Source of the DNA: Cenarchaeum sp.
Lineage (GTDB): Archaea; Thermoproteota; Nitrososphaeria; Nitrososphaerales; Nitrosopumilaceae
Length of the DNA: 64,000 nucleotides
Reading direction: 5' to 3'
NCBI GenBank assembly: GCA_965206845.1
Contig: OZ242221.1
Location: 1,440,001 to 1,504,000, forward strand
The translations under genes and the position numbers were made by a program. Below, piece after piece: positions 1-10,122 of this stretch; positions within the stretch are counted from its first letter, which is position 1, and each line of letters starts with the position of its first letter. The notes under the pieces were generated by a model. That model ran no database searches and was not told the origin of the DNA. It saw nothing but the letters and a program-made list of their open reading frames with translations.

Positions 1-332
1 ACGGAAAGGTTCTCACGAATAGGAGGATTCCGCATACGTGTAGTCGAGGCCAAAGTGTTTCGCTAATTTACCATCTGAATTTTTAGATGCCTGTGTCCAT
101 TAGCCGAAAGATTTTGATCCGGGAGGCCTGCTCAGCCGTCTGGCCCGCTGGGCTGGAGCAAAAACCCGTCTGCATGCGCAGACCCGTGCTAGGATGAGTG
201 CAAATCCGGCCTGGCACAGGCCGGCGATCCCGGTCTGAACGGACGGCGCGCCGAAGACGGTGGATGGCAGCGTAAGGCGGACAGAAGAGGCATCTCTAGC
301 CTCCTGTCGTGCGTGGGCGCGTCTGTGCAGCC

Positions 333-1695
333 AACTCTGTTTCCTAATTATGCGGCACACAGACACCCGCCTGTGCGACTCTGTCTACGTCACTGCCTCC
401 CCTCCTGTCTTGCTGTCTTCGGGGCCGGTTTTACAGACGGATACACCACCCTTGGCGTGCCATACCCGTTGTCGATTGCCGTGTCAATCAGGTGGTTGTA
501 CAGCCACACCTTGCCGTATATCTCGGTCTTGACGTTCTCCCACTTTCGTGCGTTCACGCACTCACCGAGGACCCGTTTGAATGTGGAGAAGGCGATCTCG
601 ACTGCCCACCTGTCGTTGTATCCTGACTCTTTCCGCCATGCCTTCTGGAGCTCCCTCTTTTGCTCGCGCGTAAGATCTGCAAACCCTTGCTCTGTCTTCT
701 TGTCTATGTGGTCAAAACCGCCAAGCTGCCTGAATCCTGCCTCCTTGCGGGGCATGCACCCGTTTGCGTTTCCGGCAAAATCAATGCGGACGGGAATCAA
801 CGGGTTGGTTCCGCGCTCGTTGCAGTAGCTGCGGATATTCTTGGTATCGTACGCACCGTCAGCTGCGATTCCGGTGTCTGCGGACGTACCCACGTTTGGC
901 GATTTTTCCGCATTTGCAAAAGCCTGCCCTACCAGCTCCTCAAACTGTGGGGAGTCTCCGCACTTGTCGTCAGTTATGACCACGGCATAGATCTTCTTGG
1001 TCCTAGTGTCTACGCCCACGTGCAGCTTTATGAATCCGCGCCTCGTGCCCCACTTTTCTGTCATCCAGTCACCGCGGTTTGTAGGCTTGAGCCCGGTGGA
1101 GTCAAAGGCAAACAGGCTTATCTCGGTTCTCGTGCTGCCGTCTGAGAACCATGCGGCAGCCGTATTGCCACTGCCTTTCTCATCAAAAGTGCAGTCAAGT
1201 TTTGTCATCCTCTTCTGGAATGCCGAGTATGTGGGTGCGTTTACCTTGCCGACGATTGCCTCTGCCAGGCCCTGCAGCTGCCTGTACTTTATGCCCGTGG
1301 CGTTTCTGAACAGGGATGCTGCCGCAAAGCATGCGTTTGAAAAGCCAAACGGACGGCCGACCTTTCCATGATTTAGCTCCTCCAGGCCCTGTTTTAGGAT
1401 CGCCATGCTTATCTGAAGCACGTACAGCTGGCCACGGTCTATGTACTTGCGGTCATCGTACTGGAATCTGCATTTTTTCGGATTGAAAGATTTTTTAGTA
1501 TTATGTGGGTCGGATGTATTCGGAGAGGAGGTGTTTGTGGTCATGTTTGGTATCCTGACTACCGGCACGCCTCTCTGATCAATATGGCTTCTTGTTGAAA
1601 ATGCCTGATGTGAAGCTCAAATTCAGTTGGCTTGCCTAGTCTGGCCTGATTTTGGAGCCACTAGGCGTGACTGGAAATAATTAGGAAACAGAGTT
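333..1695 (-). mobile_element. Complete IS5-family insertion sequence (1363 bp)
   Basis: 19-bp terminal inverted repeats AACTCTGTTTCCTAATTAT (333-351 / 1677-1695), 8-bp target duplication GTGCAGCC (325-332 / 1696-1703), encloses a DDE transposase. Confidence 0.9.
390..1568 (-). CDS. IS5-family DDE transposase
   Basis: Motifs FDSTG..KLHVGVD, ADGAYDT, RWAVEIAFSTFKR; exact start uncertain. Confidence 0.9.
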   Translation of the reverse strand: MPVVRIPNMTTNTSSPNTSDPHNTKKSFNPKKCRFQYDDRKYIDRGQLYVLQISMAILKQGLEELNHGKVGRPFGFSNACFAAASLFRNATGIKYRQLQGLAEAIVGKVNAPTYSAFQKRMTKLDCTFDEKGSGNTAAAWFSDGSTRTEISLFAFDSTGLKPTNRGDWMTEKWGTRRGFIKLHVGVDTRTKKIYAVVITDDKCGDSPQFEELVGQAFANAEKSPNVGTSADTGIAADGAYDTKNIRSYCNERGTNPLIPVRIDFAGNANGCMPRKEAGFRQLGGFDHIDKKTEQGFADLTREQKRELQKAWRKESGYNDRWAVEIAFSTFKRVLGECVNARKWENVKTEIYGKVWLYNHLIDTAIDNGYGTPRVVYPSVKPAPKTARQEGRQ

Positions 1696-1713
1696 GTGCA
1701 GCCGAAGACAATA

Positions 1714-1730
1714 CAAAAGAACCTTATATG
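1714..1730 (+). promoter_or_regulatory. Probable BRE/TATA box of the aIF-1A operon (leaderless start)
   Basis: Purine-rich run then CTTATATG about 25 nt upstream of ATG 1752. Confidence 0.55.
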
Positions 1731-1751
1731 TAAAAAACTTGCAAGCCTGCT

Positions 1752-2063
1752 ATGGGAAAGCGCAAGGTTCTCAACGAGAGCGAGCTGAAGGAGATCAGGC
1801 TGCCCGAGGAGGGCGAGCTCTTGGGCCGTGTGATGAAGCTCCTTGGAAGCGATCAGGTTCTGGTAAAATGCTCCGACGATATTACGAGACGTGGAAGAAT
1901 ACGCGGAAAGCTGAAGCGAAGAATCTGGATCCGGGACAACGACATTGTGATTATTGCCCCCTGGGACTTTAAAGAGAAGGAGCGCGGCGACATCGTGTGG
2001 CGCTTTACTCTGCCTCAGGTGGACTGGCTCAAGAACAACGGACACCTGGCACGCGACCTTTAG
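1752..2063 (+). CDS. eif1a: Translation initiation factor aIF-1A
   Basis: S1-like fold sequence GRIRGKLKRRIWIRDNDIVIIAPWDF. Confidence 0.95.
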   Translation: MGKRKVLNESELKEIRLPEEGELLGRVMKLLGSDQVLVKCSDDITRRGRIRGKLKRRIWIRDNDIVIIAPWDFKEKERGDIVWRFTLPQVDWLKNNGHLARDL

Positions 2064-2074
2064 CATCCGGTGAA

Positions 2075-2854
2075 ATGTCTGACGATCTGAGCAAAAAGCT
2101 GGAATCCAAGATAGACTCCGAGCTGAGGGCAAAATCAAGCCGTGGCGGACTGGAGGACGGCTTCAAAAAGAACAAGGTGATGAACGAGGTTCTGGACAAG
2201 CCTGCCATGCTCACCATATATGGCATGATAAACGCGCACATCATATCCTACGTAAACGGTGTGGTGAGCGCCGGCAAGGAGTCTGTCGTGTTCTGGGCCG
2301 TTGACGGTGACGGGTGCGATGTGGCCCTCAAGGTGTACTTGGTGACCGCCTCAAACTTCAAGCGGCGCTGGCCCTACATACTGGGGGATCCCAGATTCGG
2401 CAGGATAAGGAGCGGCACCAGAAACCTGATAAAGCTGTGGGCGCGAAAAGAGTACCGGAACATGCTGCAGTGCTTTGAGGCCGGCATTCCGGTGCCAAGG
2501 CCCATCCACGTATCTGGTAGCGTGCTGGCCATGAGCTTTGTGGGCGACGGCGGAAGCCCGGCCAGGACGCTGCAGACCTCGGAGGTGGATGCGGCAGACT
2601 ACGACATGGCGTTCTCCATCATGTCACAGATGTATCACGGTGCCAGGCTGGTGCACGGAGACTACTCCGGGTACAACATCTTCAAGACTGACGGCGGCCT
2701 TGTGGCATTTGACCTGGGGTCTGCAGTGGATGTGCGACACGCCAGCGCAGATGTGCTGCTCAGACGGGACATCGACAACATGACCAGATTCTTTGTGAGA
2801 AAAGGACTGACGGTGCCGGATCCCGAGGACGCGTACCGGGAGATAAGGGGATGA
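2075..2854 (+). CDS. rio1: RIO1-family serine/threonine kinase
   Basis: SAGKESVVF, ALKVY, LVHGDYSGYN, FDLGSAV motifs; ATG 2075 follows the aIF-1A stop; conserved synteny. Confidence 0.9.
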   Translation: MSDDLSKKLESKIDSELRAKSSRGGLEDGFKKNKVMNEVLDKPAMLTIYGMINAHIISYVNGVVSAGKESVVFWAVDGDGCDVALKVYLVTASNFKRRWPYILGDPRFGRIRSGTRNLIKLWARKEYRNMLQCFEAGIPVPRPIHVSGSVLAMSFVGDGGSPARTLQTSEVDAADYDMAFSIMSQMYHGARLVHGDYSGYNIFKTDGGLVAFDLGSAVDVRHASADVLLRRDIDNMTRFFVRKGLTVPDPEDAYREIRG

Positions 2855-3420
2855 TCTTTGAGAAGACCATCCGGGTGCCGACGGATCGCGTAGGCGTGAT
2901 CATAGGCAGATCCGGCAGGACCAAGTCCGAGATAGAGCGGGCCTGTACGGTGTGTATAGGGGTAGACAGCAAGTCCGGCGAGATCAAGATAAGCGCCAGC
3001 GGCGATGTGGAGCGCATGCAGCCCTTCAAGGCGGCGGAGATCGTCTCTGCCATGGGCCGCGGTTTTTCACCCTCCAGGGCCATGAAGCTGCTGGAAGGTG
3101 AGAACGCCCTGTACGTCATAGACCTACGGGAGTTTGCCGGCAGATCCCCTGCCCAGATTGAAAGAATAAAAGGTAGACTCATAGGGGAAGGTGGCAAGGC
3201 AAGAAGAAACATGGAACGTCTCTCTGATACACTGATCTCAGTATACGGCAGGACGGTCTCGATTATAGGCGAGGCCGGCAGGCTCAAGATAGCGGTGGAT
3301 GCAGTGACACTGCTGTGCAACGGAAGGATGCACGGCGCCGTATACGGCAGGCTCGAGTCCGTCCGGCGCCGGGACAAGATGGAGAGGGCAAAGCTGTGGG
3401 AGGGGCAGAATGTCTTCTAA
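2851..3420 (+). CDS. KH-domain RNA-processing protein (Dim2/Pno1-like)
   Basis: Two KH GxxG loops (IIGRSG, LIGEGG), RGFSP motif; synteny with rio1. Confidence 0.9.
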   Translation: MIFEKTIRVPTDRVGVIIGRSGRTKSEIERACTVCIGVDSKSGEIKISASGDVERMQPFKAAEIVSAMGRGFSPSRAMKLLEGENALYVIDLREFAGRSPAQIERIKGRLIGEGGKARRNMERLSDTLISVYGRTVSIIGEAGRLKIAVDAVTLLCNGRMHGAVYGRLESVRRRDKMERAKLWEGQNVF

Positions 3421-5245
3421 GGAAAAGTTCAACCAGATATCCCCCAGTGAGTTCTTCTACCGGAACAGGGATCTTGCCGGATTTAGCAACCCCACGCGTT
3501 CCCTGTACACGGCCGTCCGTGAGTTCATGGAGAACGGCCTTGACGCGTGCGACCAGGGAGGAGTCCTGCCCAGCATACACCTGTCAATAAAGGCAGTCGA
3601 GCCGGAAAAACCGGATCCAAAGCCGTACATACTCACGGTGAAGGACAACGGCCCAGGTGTGGACTCGCAGCACATTCCGCTGGCGTTTGGGACTGTCTTG
3701 TACGGATCCAAGTTCGGCCTCAAGCAGGCCCGCGGCATGTTCGGTCTGGGAGCCACCATGGCAATACTGTACGGCCAGATCACGACCAACCGCCCGGTCT
3801 CCGTCAAGAGCTCCACTGACGGGGAGATCAGGCACGACTACGAGATGCTTCTGGACATACAGAGGAACAAGCCCGTGATCCTCAAGCACACGACGGAGAA
3901 GATCGCCAAGTCCGGCCTATCTGTGAGCATATGCTTGGAGGGGGACTACTCCAAGGCGGGCTCCCGCATACGGGACTATGTCTACCAGACATCGCTGATC
4001 ACCCCGTACGCCACAATCTCGTTTGACGATCCCCGGGATCAAAAGTTCCGGTACACGAGGTTGATCAAGTCGATGCCGACCCCGCCCACCGTGATCAACC
4101 CGCACCCCTACGGCGTGGACGTTGAGACCATCCGGAGGATGATGACCGATGCGGTCTTTGAGATCCCCACGGTGGACGACAAGATGATCGAGAAGGTGAA
4201 GAGGGATCTCGTCATCAGGGGCAACGCATCGGTGGAGGGCATGCTCAAGAGGGTTGCCAAAAAGTGGAAGTCGCTAAACAGGCAGGTCCGGCTGGTGGGG
4301 GCCCTGATGTTCTTCACCGGGCTTGATCTGAAGCAGCTCTCCAAGATACGGATAGATGATGTGGATGTGGCAAACAACCGGCTGACGTACTGGGACTTTG
4401 GCATGTCAGACTCTGTCACGGTGCAGCTTGACCCTTCAAGCGTATACTACAGGCAGATTGCAAATACTGTCATGGGTGAGACCCTGACCACGTTTCTGGT
4501 AAGGAGGTTCCAGCGGGTGGGGCGCACCACCGCAGAGAAGTTTGCCCGTTTTGCAGGGTTCAAGCCGGAGAAGCGGCTGGGCTCGATGACAAACCAGGAG
4601 CTGGTCAAGCTCAGCGACGCACTGCAAAATTTCGGCGAGTTCATGCCCCCGGACTCGAAGTGTCTTGCCCCCCTGGGTGAGGAGCCGCTGAAGGCAGGAA
4701 TCAAAAAGTTCTTCAACTCTGACTTTTCTGCCGTGGTACGGAGACCGGCATCTGCATACTCGGGATTTCCATTCGTGGTGGAGATGGGCGTGGCCTACGG
4801 CGGCAGCATCCATTCGGGCGGCATCAGGGTGTTCCGGTTTGCCAACAGGATACCGCTCCTCTACGACGAGGGCAGCGACGTGGTGGTGAAGGTGATAAAC
4901 GAGATTGACTGGAACCGGTACAAGATCAAGGATTCCAGCTCCCCGATGGTAATAGTCTCACATATCTGCTCCACACGTATTCCGTACAAGACGGTGGGCA
5001 AGGAGAACGTGGCAGACCGGCAGGAGATCGAACGGGAGCTCCGGCTGGCCCTGCAGTTCCTTTCAAGAAAGCTGTCATCGTACATGTCGCGGAGGGGCCA
5101 GGCAGAGGCTGCAAAGAAGAGGGCAAACCTGTATGCAAAGTACATTCCGCTCATAGCTCAGTTCAGCACAGAGCTTGCCGGGAAGGGCAGGGAGCCTGAC
5201 TACAAAAAGGTGCTTGAGGAGACCATGGTTGTCAAAGAAGAGTAG
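3410..5245 (+). CDS. top6B: DNA topoisomerase VI subunit B
   Basis: GHKL motifs EFMENGLDA, DNGPG, RGMFGLG; RFANRIPLLY. Confidence 0.95.
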   Translation: MSSKEKFNQISPSEFFYRNRDLAGFSNPTRSLYTAVREFMENGLDACDQGGVLPSIHLSIKAVEPEKPDPKPYILTVKDNGPGVDSQHIPLAFGTVLYGSKFGLKQARGMFGLGATMAILYGQITTNRPVSVKSSTDGEIRHDYEMLLDIQRNKPVILKHTTEKIAKSGLSVSICLEGDYSKAGSRIRDYVYQTSLITPYATISFDDPRDQKFRYTRLIKSMPTPPTVINPHPYGVDVETIRRMMTDAVFEIPTVDDKMIEKVKRDLVIRGNASVEGMLKRVAKKWKSLNRQVRLVGALMFFTGLDLKQLSKIRIDDVDVANNRLTYWDFGMSDSVTVQLDPSSVYYRQIANTVMGETLTTFLVRRFQRVGRTTAEKFARFAGFKPEKRLGSMTNQELVKLSDALQNFGEFMPPDSKCLAPLGEEPLKAGIKKFFNSDFSAVVRRPASAYSGFPFVVEMGVAYGGSIHSGGIRVFRFANRIPLLYDEGSDVVVKVINEIDWNRYKIKDSSSPMVIVSHICSTRIPYKTVGKENVADRQEIERELRLALQFLSRKLSSYMSRRGQAEAAKKRANLYAKYIPLIAQFSTELAGKGREPDYKKVLEETMVVKEE

Positions 5246-6623
5246 GGCCGGTACGACAGAGCCTAGTGCCAGGAGCAGGAAGGCCCGGGCAAAGCCCAAG
5301 ACCGCCGCAAGGCGGGGCGGCAAGGTGCCGGCAGACCAGGCCACCTTGACGCCGGACAGAAAGCCGGCAGGGTCCAAGACCGCCGCAAGGCAGGATGGCA
5401 AGAAGATCCGGGCAAAACCCAAGACCGCCGCAAGGCGGGGCGGCAAGGTGTCGGCAGACCGGACGATCCCGGCGCCGGACAGAAAGTCGGCAAGACCCAA
5501 GGTTGCCGCAGGAAGAAAGGCGACAGCCGCAAAGCAGAGCAGGGAGAAGAAGACAGTCGTCAAGCAGAAGGCCCTGCTGCAGTCCCTTGCAACACTGGGC
5601 TCGGACATATATAACGATCTTGATCGCGGCAGATTTCCAAAGTTCTCGGTGCCCAGCAGATCCGTCAAGAACATAGTGTACGATCAAAGGCTCCGCCAAT
5701 ACATACTGGGAGACAACAGCTCCGTTCGAAGCTCCCGTAACACGTCCCAGCTGCGCTCGTTTACCCAGCTGATGTGGCTGGCGTTCTTTGCCAACAGGCT
5801 GTCCCAGGCGAAAAAGTCGTCCACCCTGAGGGATGTCTACTACTCTTCCCAGGCGTTTGCCATAGACTTTAAGAACCAGTCCGAGTCCGACAGCATAATC
5901 GTGGATCTCGAGGCAGTCATCACCAAGCCCCGGGAGGACTTTCACGTATTTCCGGAGGAGCGGAGCGCCATCTTCGGCGATCTGGACATCGAGTACACGG
6001 TGCCCGGCTACGAGGGCAAGAGGATGAACCTCTCAAACCACCCAGACGGGTACGCCATCGGGCCCAGCCTTACCACTGCGGAGCTGGTGGACTCGAGCGC
6101 GGAGGTCATCATTGCCATAGAGAAGGGTGGGCTCTTTACCCGCTTTGTGGAGGAGCAGGTGGACAAAAAATTCAAGGCCATAATAGTGGACACCGGCGGG
6201 CAGGCACCGCGCTCAACCAGGACGCTCCTACGGAGGCTGCACGACGAGCTCTCGCTGCCTGTAGTAATTCTGACCGACGGCGACGTGTACGGCGAGCACA
6301 TCGCGATGGTGATCAAGTCAGGCTCGGCAAACGCGGCGCACCTGCGCGAGCTTACGGTTCCAGATGCCAAGTGGGTCGGCGTGTGGGCTTCAGACATTGA
6401 CAAGTACAAGCTTCCGACCATTCCGATGACAGTCACAGACATCAAGCGGTGCCACGACCTGCTCAAGGATCCACGGTACCAGGAGGGCCTGTGGAAGAAG
6501 GAGCTTGACATATTCCTGAAGATAAAGAAGAAGGCCGAGCTGGAGGCGTTCTCAAAGTATGGGCTGACAAACATTACCGACAAGTACCTGCCGGCTAAGC
6601 TGGAGATGGCAAAGAGCCTCTAG
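5229..6623 (+). CDS. top6A: DNA topoisomerase VI subunit A with long basic N-terminal extension
   Basis: TLRDVYY catalytic Tyr region, IEKGG, TDGDVYG TOPRIM motif; probable TTG start overlapping top6B. Confidence 0.93.
   Translation: MSKKSRAGTTEPSARSRKARAKPKTAARRGGKVPADQATLTPDRKPAGSKTAARQDGKKIRAKPKTAARRGGKVSADRTIPAPDRKSARPKVAAGRKATAAKQSREKKTVVKQKALLQSLATLGSDIYNDLDRGRFPKFSVPSRSVKNIVYDQRLRQYILGDNSSVRSSRNTSQLRSFTQLMWLAFFANRLSQAKKSSTLRDVYYSSQAFAIDFKNQSESDSIIVDLEAVITKPREDFHVFPEERSAIFGDLDIEYTVPGYEGKRMNLSNHPDGYAIGPSLTTAELVDSSAEVIIAIEKGGLFTRFVEEQVDKKFKAIIVDTGGQAPRSTRTLLRRLHDELSLPVVILTDGDVYGEHIAMVIKSGSANAAHLRELTVPDAKWVGVWASDIDKYKLPTIPMTVTDIKRCHDLLKDPRYQEGLWKKELDIFLKIKKKAELEAFSKYGLTNITDKYLPAKLEMAKSL
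5283..5485 (+). repeat. Duplicated ~123-bp segment encoding RAKPKTAARRGGKV in the Top6A N-terminus
   Basis: CCGGGCAAAxCCCAAGACCGCCGCAAGGCGGGGCGGCAAGGTG occurs at ~5285 and ~5408. Confidence 0.8.
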
Positions 6624-6699
6624 ATTGCAGGTTGTACGCACAGCCGGGCCTGCCATCGGGTCATTTTGTGCCGTGCACACACCCCTGACGGATCTGGAA

Positions 6700-7164
6700 C
6701 TATAATGACTCTTTTATCCGCAGGGTAAGCACGCCGTTCCTGTACTTGAAATCGACCACCTGCATGTTGTCCGATCCCTCGATGGGGATCTCCCTCACAA
6801 ATCCGCCGCTGCCGCGTATGTGCAGCGTGCCGTTTACGAGCCTGACTGCGATTCTGTCCTCCGGTCCAGGAACCTCGGCCACAAAGGTGAACTCGTCGTA
6901 CCCCTTGATGAGATCGTATATCCAGTTCTTGGTCTCCTGCTCCCTGGCGGTGTACTTTGGCTTCTGCTCCCTTGCCAACTTTTTGAGCACCCTGGCCCAG
7001 TAAAACATGGTGACGGCCGCGGCTCCCACCAGAATAAAGCTGACATAGTTCGAGTCTGCCCTCTGGGACATGACGTACACAACGATCAGAAACAGGATTA
7101 TCACTATGGGAATCACAAAGTTTAGCGACTGCTCATTTGAGTATGTGCCCTTGTAGGTTGACAA
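6700..7164 (-). CDS. Membrane-anchored Hsp20/alpha-crystallin-domain protein
   Basis: Two N-terminal hydrophobic helices, FVAEVPG and YRNGVLTLRI motifs. Confidence 0.75.
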   Translation of the reverse strand: MSTYKGTYSNEQSLNFVIPIVIILFLIVVYVMSQRADSNYVSFILVGAAAVTMFYWARVLKKLAREQKPKYTAREQETKNWIYDLIKGYDEFTFVAEVPGPEDRIAVRLVNGTLHIRGSGGFVREIPIEGSDNMQVVDFKYRNGVLTLRIKESL

Positions 7165-7389
7165 TTACACTTGAATGCATTCACTCCAAATATAACGTTA
7201 TGCGATAGGACAAATGAATGCGCTGAGAGCGGCCTAGCCTCTTGCCGACTGCCCAGAGTCGCGATGGTACCATCCCACCAACCATCCATGGGGGGCGGTA
7301 CTGTACCCATTGCTGTTAAAATGTCGCATATGGCTTTTACAGCCGTTTTGATCGGTATATTTATCAAGACCATGCGGATAAACGCATCG

Positions 7390-9905
7390 ATGCACCGCGG
7401 GCTTGCCCAAACCATGGGCCTCAAAGTTACGCTTTTGTCGGTGATTACAATTTTGGCTGGAGCAGTCTCCATCGACGTAGTGTATGCCGACGCTGCTGAC
7501 TATCCATCCCCATTCCAGCAGCAGCAGGACGGAATTTCACTTGACAACATACAGTGCAACGTACCAAGGGAGCTGTACATAAGGGACTCCCAGGTTCCTG
7601 TTTGTATCTCTGCATCCACGTATGATATTCTCTTGGGGTATGGCGTGGATCTGGCTCCCTCTGGGTCACTTGCCAGCACCATAAACTCGATTACTGACAC
7701 CGGAGATCTTAAGGTTCAACGTGTAGTTGAGGCGACCGTCAGCATGTATGACTCCGACAAGGAGAACGCGTTTGCCAGCATCAACTCCCTATCTGAGATC
7801 ATCGTTCCACACTACCCGTTTGTGCTAGATCCTGACACACGTAACGTTGTGGCGCATGGGGCGTTTCTGGACAGGATTGGCACCCAATCGGTGGTTTTTA
7901 GCGATGCAGACAAGCCGTACGACGTGATTATCGACGAGCTGCAAAACAGCGACGGCACCTGGGTGGAGTACGTGTTTCTGGATCCCGTGACCGAGACGGA
8001 GCTGGTCAAGCGGTCCTGGCTCACCCTGCACGACGGGTACGTCTTTGGCTCTGGATATTATTATCCGATCGAGGAGAAGATATATCGCGTGGTCAGCGAG
8101 GCCATCGCGCTGTACGAGCCGGGCAGCGAGAGTCCGTTTGCCGCCATCGACGCGATGGCCGAGAGCGTCGTCCCGCACTACCCGTTTGTGCTAGATCCTG
8201 ACACACGTAACGTTGTGGCGCATGGGGCGTTTCTGGACAGGATTGGCACCCAATCGGTGGTTTTTAGCGATGCAGACAAGCCGTACGACGTGATTATCGA
8301 CGAGCTGCAAAACAGCGACGGCACCTGGGCGGAGTACGTGTTTCTGGATCCCGTGACCGAGACGGAGCTGGTCAAGCGGTCCTGGTTCACCCTGCACGAC
8401 GGTTACGTCTTTGGCTCTGGATATTATTATCCGATCGAGGAGAAGATATATCGCGTGGTCAGCGAGGCCATCGCGCTGTACGAGCCGGGCAGCGAGAGTC
8501 CGTTTGCCGCCATCGACGCGATGGCCGAGAGCGTCGTCCCGCACTACCCGTTTGTGCTAGACCTTGACGGGAACATTGTGGCGCATGGCGCGTTCCCAGA
8601 CGTAATTGGCACATCTGCGGCTTCCGTACTGGAAACTGCAGACAAGCAGTACGACGTGATTATCGACGAGCTGCAAAACAGCGACGGCACCTGGGCGGAG
8701 TACGTGTTTCTGGATCCCGTGACCGAGACGGAGCTGGTCAAGCGGTCCTGGTTCACCCTGCACGACGGTTACGTCTTTGGCTCTGGATATTATTATCCGA
8801 TCGAGGAGAAGATATATCGCGTGGTCAGCGAGGCCATCGCGCTGTACGAGCCGGGCAGCGAGAGTCCGTTTGCCGCCATCGACGCGATGGCCGAGAGCGT
8901 CGTCCCGCACTACCCGTTTGTGCTAGACCTTGACGGGAACATTGTGGCGCATGGCGCGTTCCCAGACGTAATTGGCACATCTGCGGCTTCCGTACTGGAA
9001 ACTGCAGACAAGCAGTACGACGTGATTATCGACGAGCTGCAAAACAGCGACGGCACCTGGGCGGAGTACGTGTTTCTGGATCCCGTGACCGAGACGGAGC
9101 TGGTCAAGCGGTCCTGGTTCACCCTGCACGACGGTTACGTCTTTGGCTCTGGATATTATTATCCGATCGAGGAGAAGATATATCGCGTGGTCAGCGAGGC
9201 CATCGCGCTGTACGAGCCGGGCAGCGAGAGTCCGTTTGCCGCCATCGACGCGATGGCCGAGAGCGTCGTCTTTCGCACTACCCGTTTGTGCTAGACCTTG
9301 ACGGGAACATTGTGGCGCATGGCGCGTTCCCAGACGTAATTGGCACATCTGCGGCTTCCGTACTGGAAACTGCAGACAAGCAGTACGACGTGATTATCGA
9401 CGAGCTGCAAAACAGCGACGGCACCTGGGCGGAGTACGTGTTTCTGGATCCCGTGACCGAGACGGAGCTGGTCAAGCGGTCCTGGTTCACCCTGCACGAC
9501 GGTTACGTCTTTGGCTCTGGATATTATTATCCGATCGAGGAGAAGATATATCGCGTGGTCAGCGAGGCCATCGCGCTGTACGAGCCGGGCAGCGAGAGTC
9601 CGTTTGCCGCCATCGACGCGATGGCCGAGAGCGTCGTCCCGCACTACCCGTTTGTGCTAGATCCTGACACACGTAACGTTGTGGCGCACGGGGCGTTTCC
9701 GGACAGGATTGGCGGCCAGTCGGTGGTTCTGAACGATGCGGACAAGCCGTACGACGTGATTATCGACGAGCTGCAAAACAGCGACGGCACCTGGGTGGAG
9801 TACGTGTTTCTGGATCCCGTGACCGAGACGGAGCTGGTCAAGCGGTCCTGGCTCACCCTGCACGACGGGTACGTCTTTGGCTCCGGATACTATTTGACCG
9901 AGTAG
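7390..9905 (+). CDS. Secreted protein with six tandem Cache-like domains; +2 frameshift at 9271-9273
   Basis: Signal-peptide-like N-terminus, SPFQQ..C..C N-terminal motif, 122-aa repeats with YPFVLD..VAHG..GTWxEYVFLDPVT..KRSW..GSGYY typical of single Cache domains; ORFs 7171-9294 and 9288-9905 join across GTC TTT CGCAC versus GTC CCGCAC in other units. Confidence 0.75.
7805..9895 (+). repeat. Six near-identical 366-bp tandem repeats (Cache units)
   Basis: CACTACCCGTTTGTGCTAG recurs every 366 bp (368 across the frameshift). Confidence 0.95.
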
Positions 9906-10024
9906 TATATTTTTGGGCACCACGCCCCGTCGCAGATTCAAACATGCCTGCAAACCAAGTATGGGTCAGGGATCACGTATAGGATCTGGAACCAAATCAC
10001 GTTAATTCAAGAGAATCAGTTTTC

Positions 10025-10114
10025 TAGTTTGTTGCATAACTCCGAATCTCAGGCACGAAATGCCTGTTCTTCAGCAACCGTCTAGGCACGTTTGAGAAGG
10101 TTGTGCAACTAACT
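10025..10114. mobile_element. 90-bp MITE-like element related to the adjacent IS5
   Basis: Ends TAGTTTGTTGCATAAC / GTTGTGCAACTAACT resemble the IS TIR; flanked by CAGTTTTC at 10017-10024 and 10115-10122. Confidence 0.75.
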
Positions 10115-10122
10115 CAGTTTTC

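Noticed and set aside
7805-9895. CRISPR array or DGR template/variable repeats among the repeated regions
   Set aside because: All repeats are in-frame protein-coding units with no unique spacers; no cas genes or reverse transcriptase in the window.
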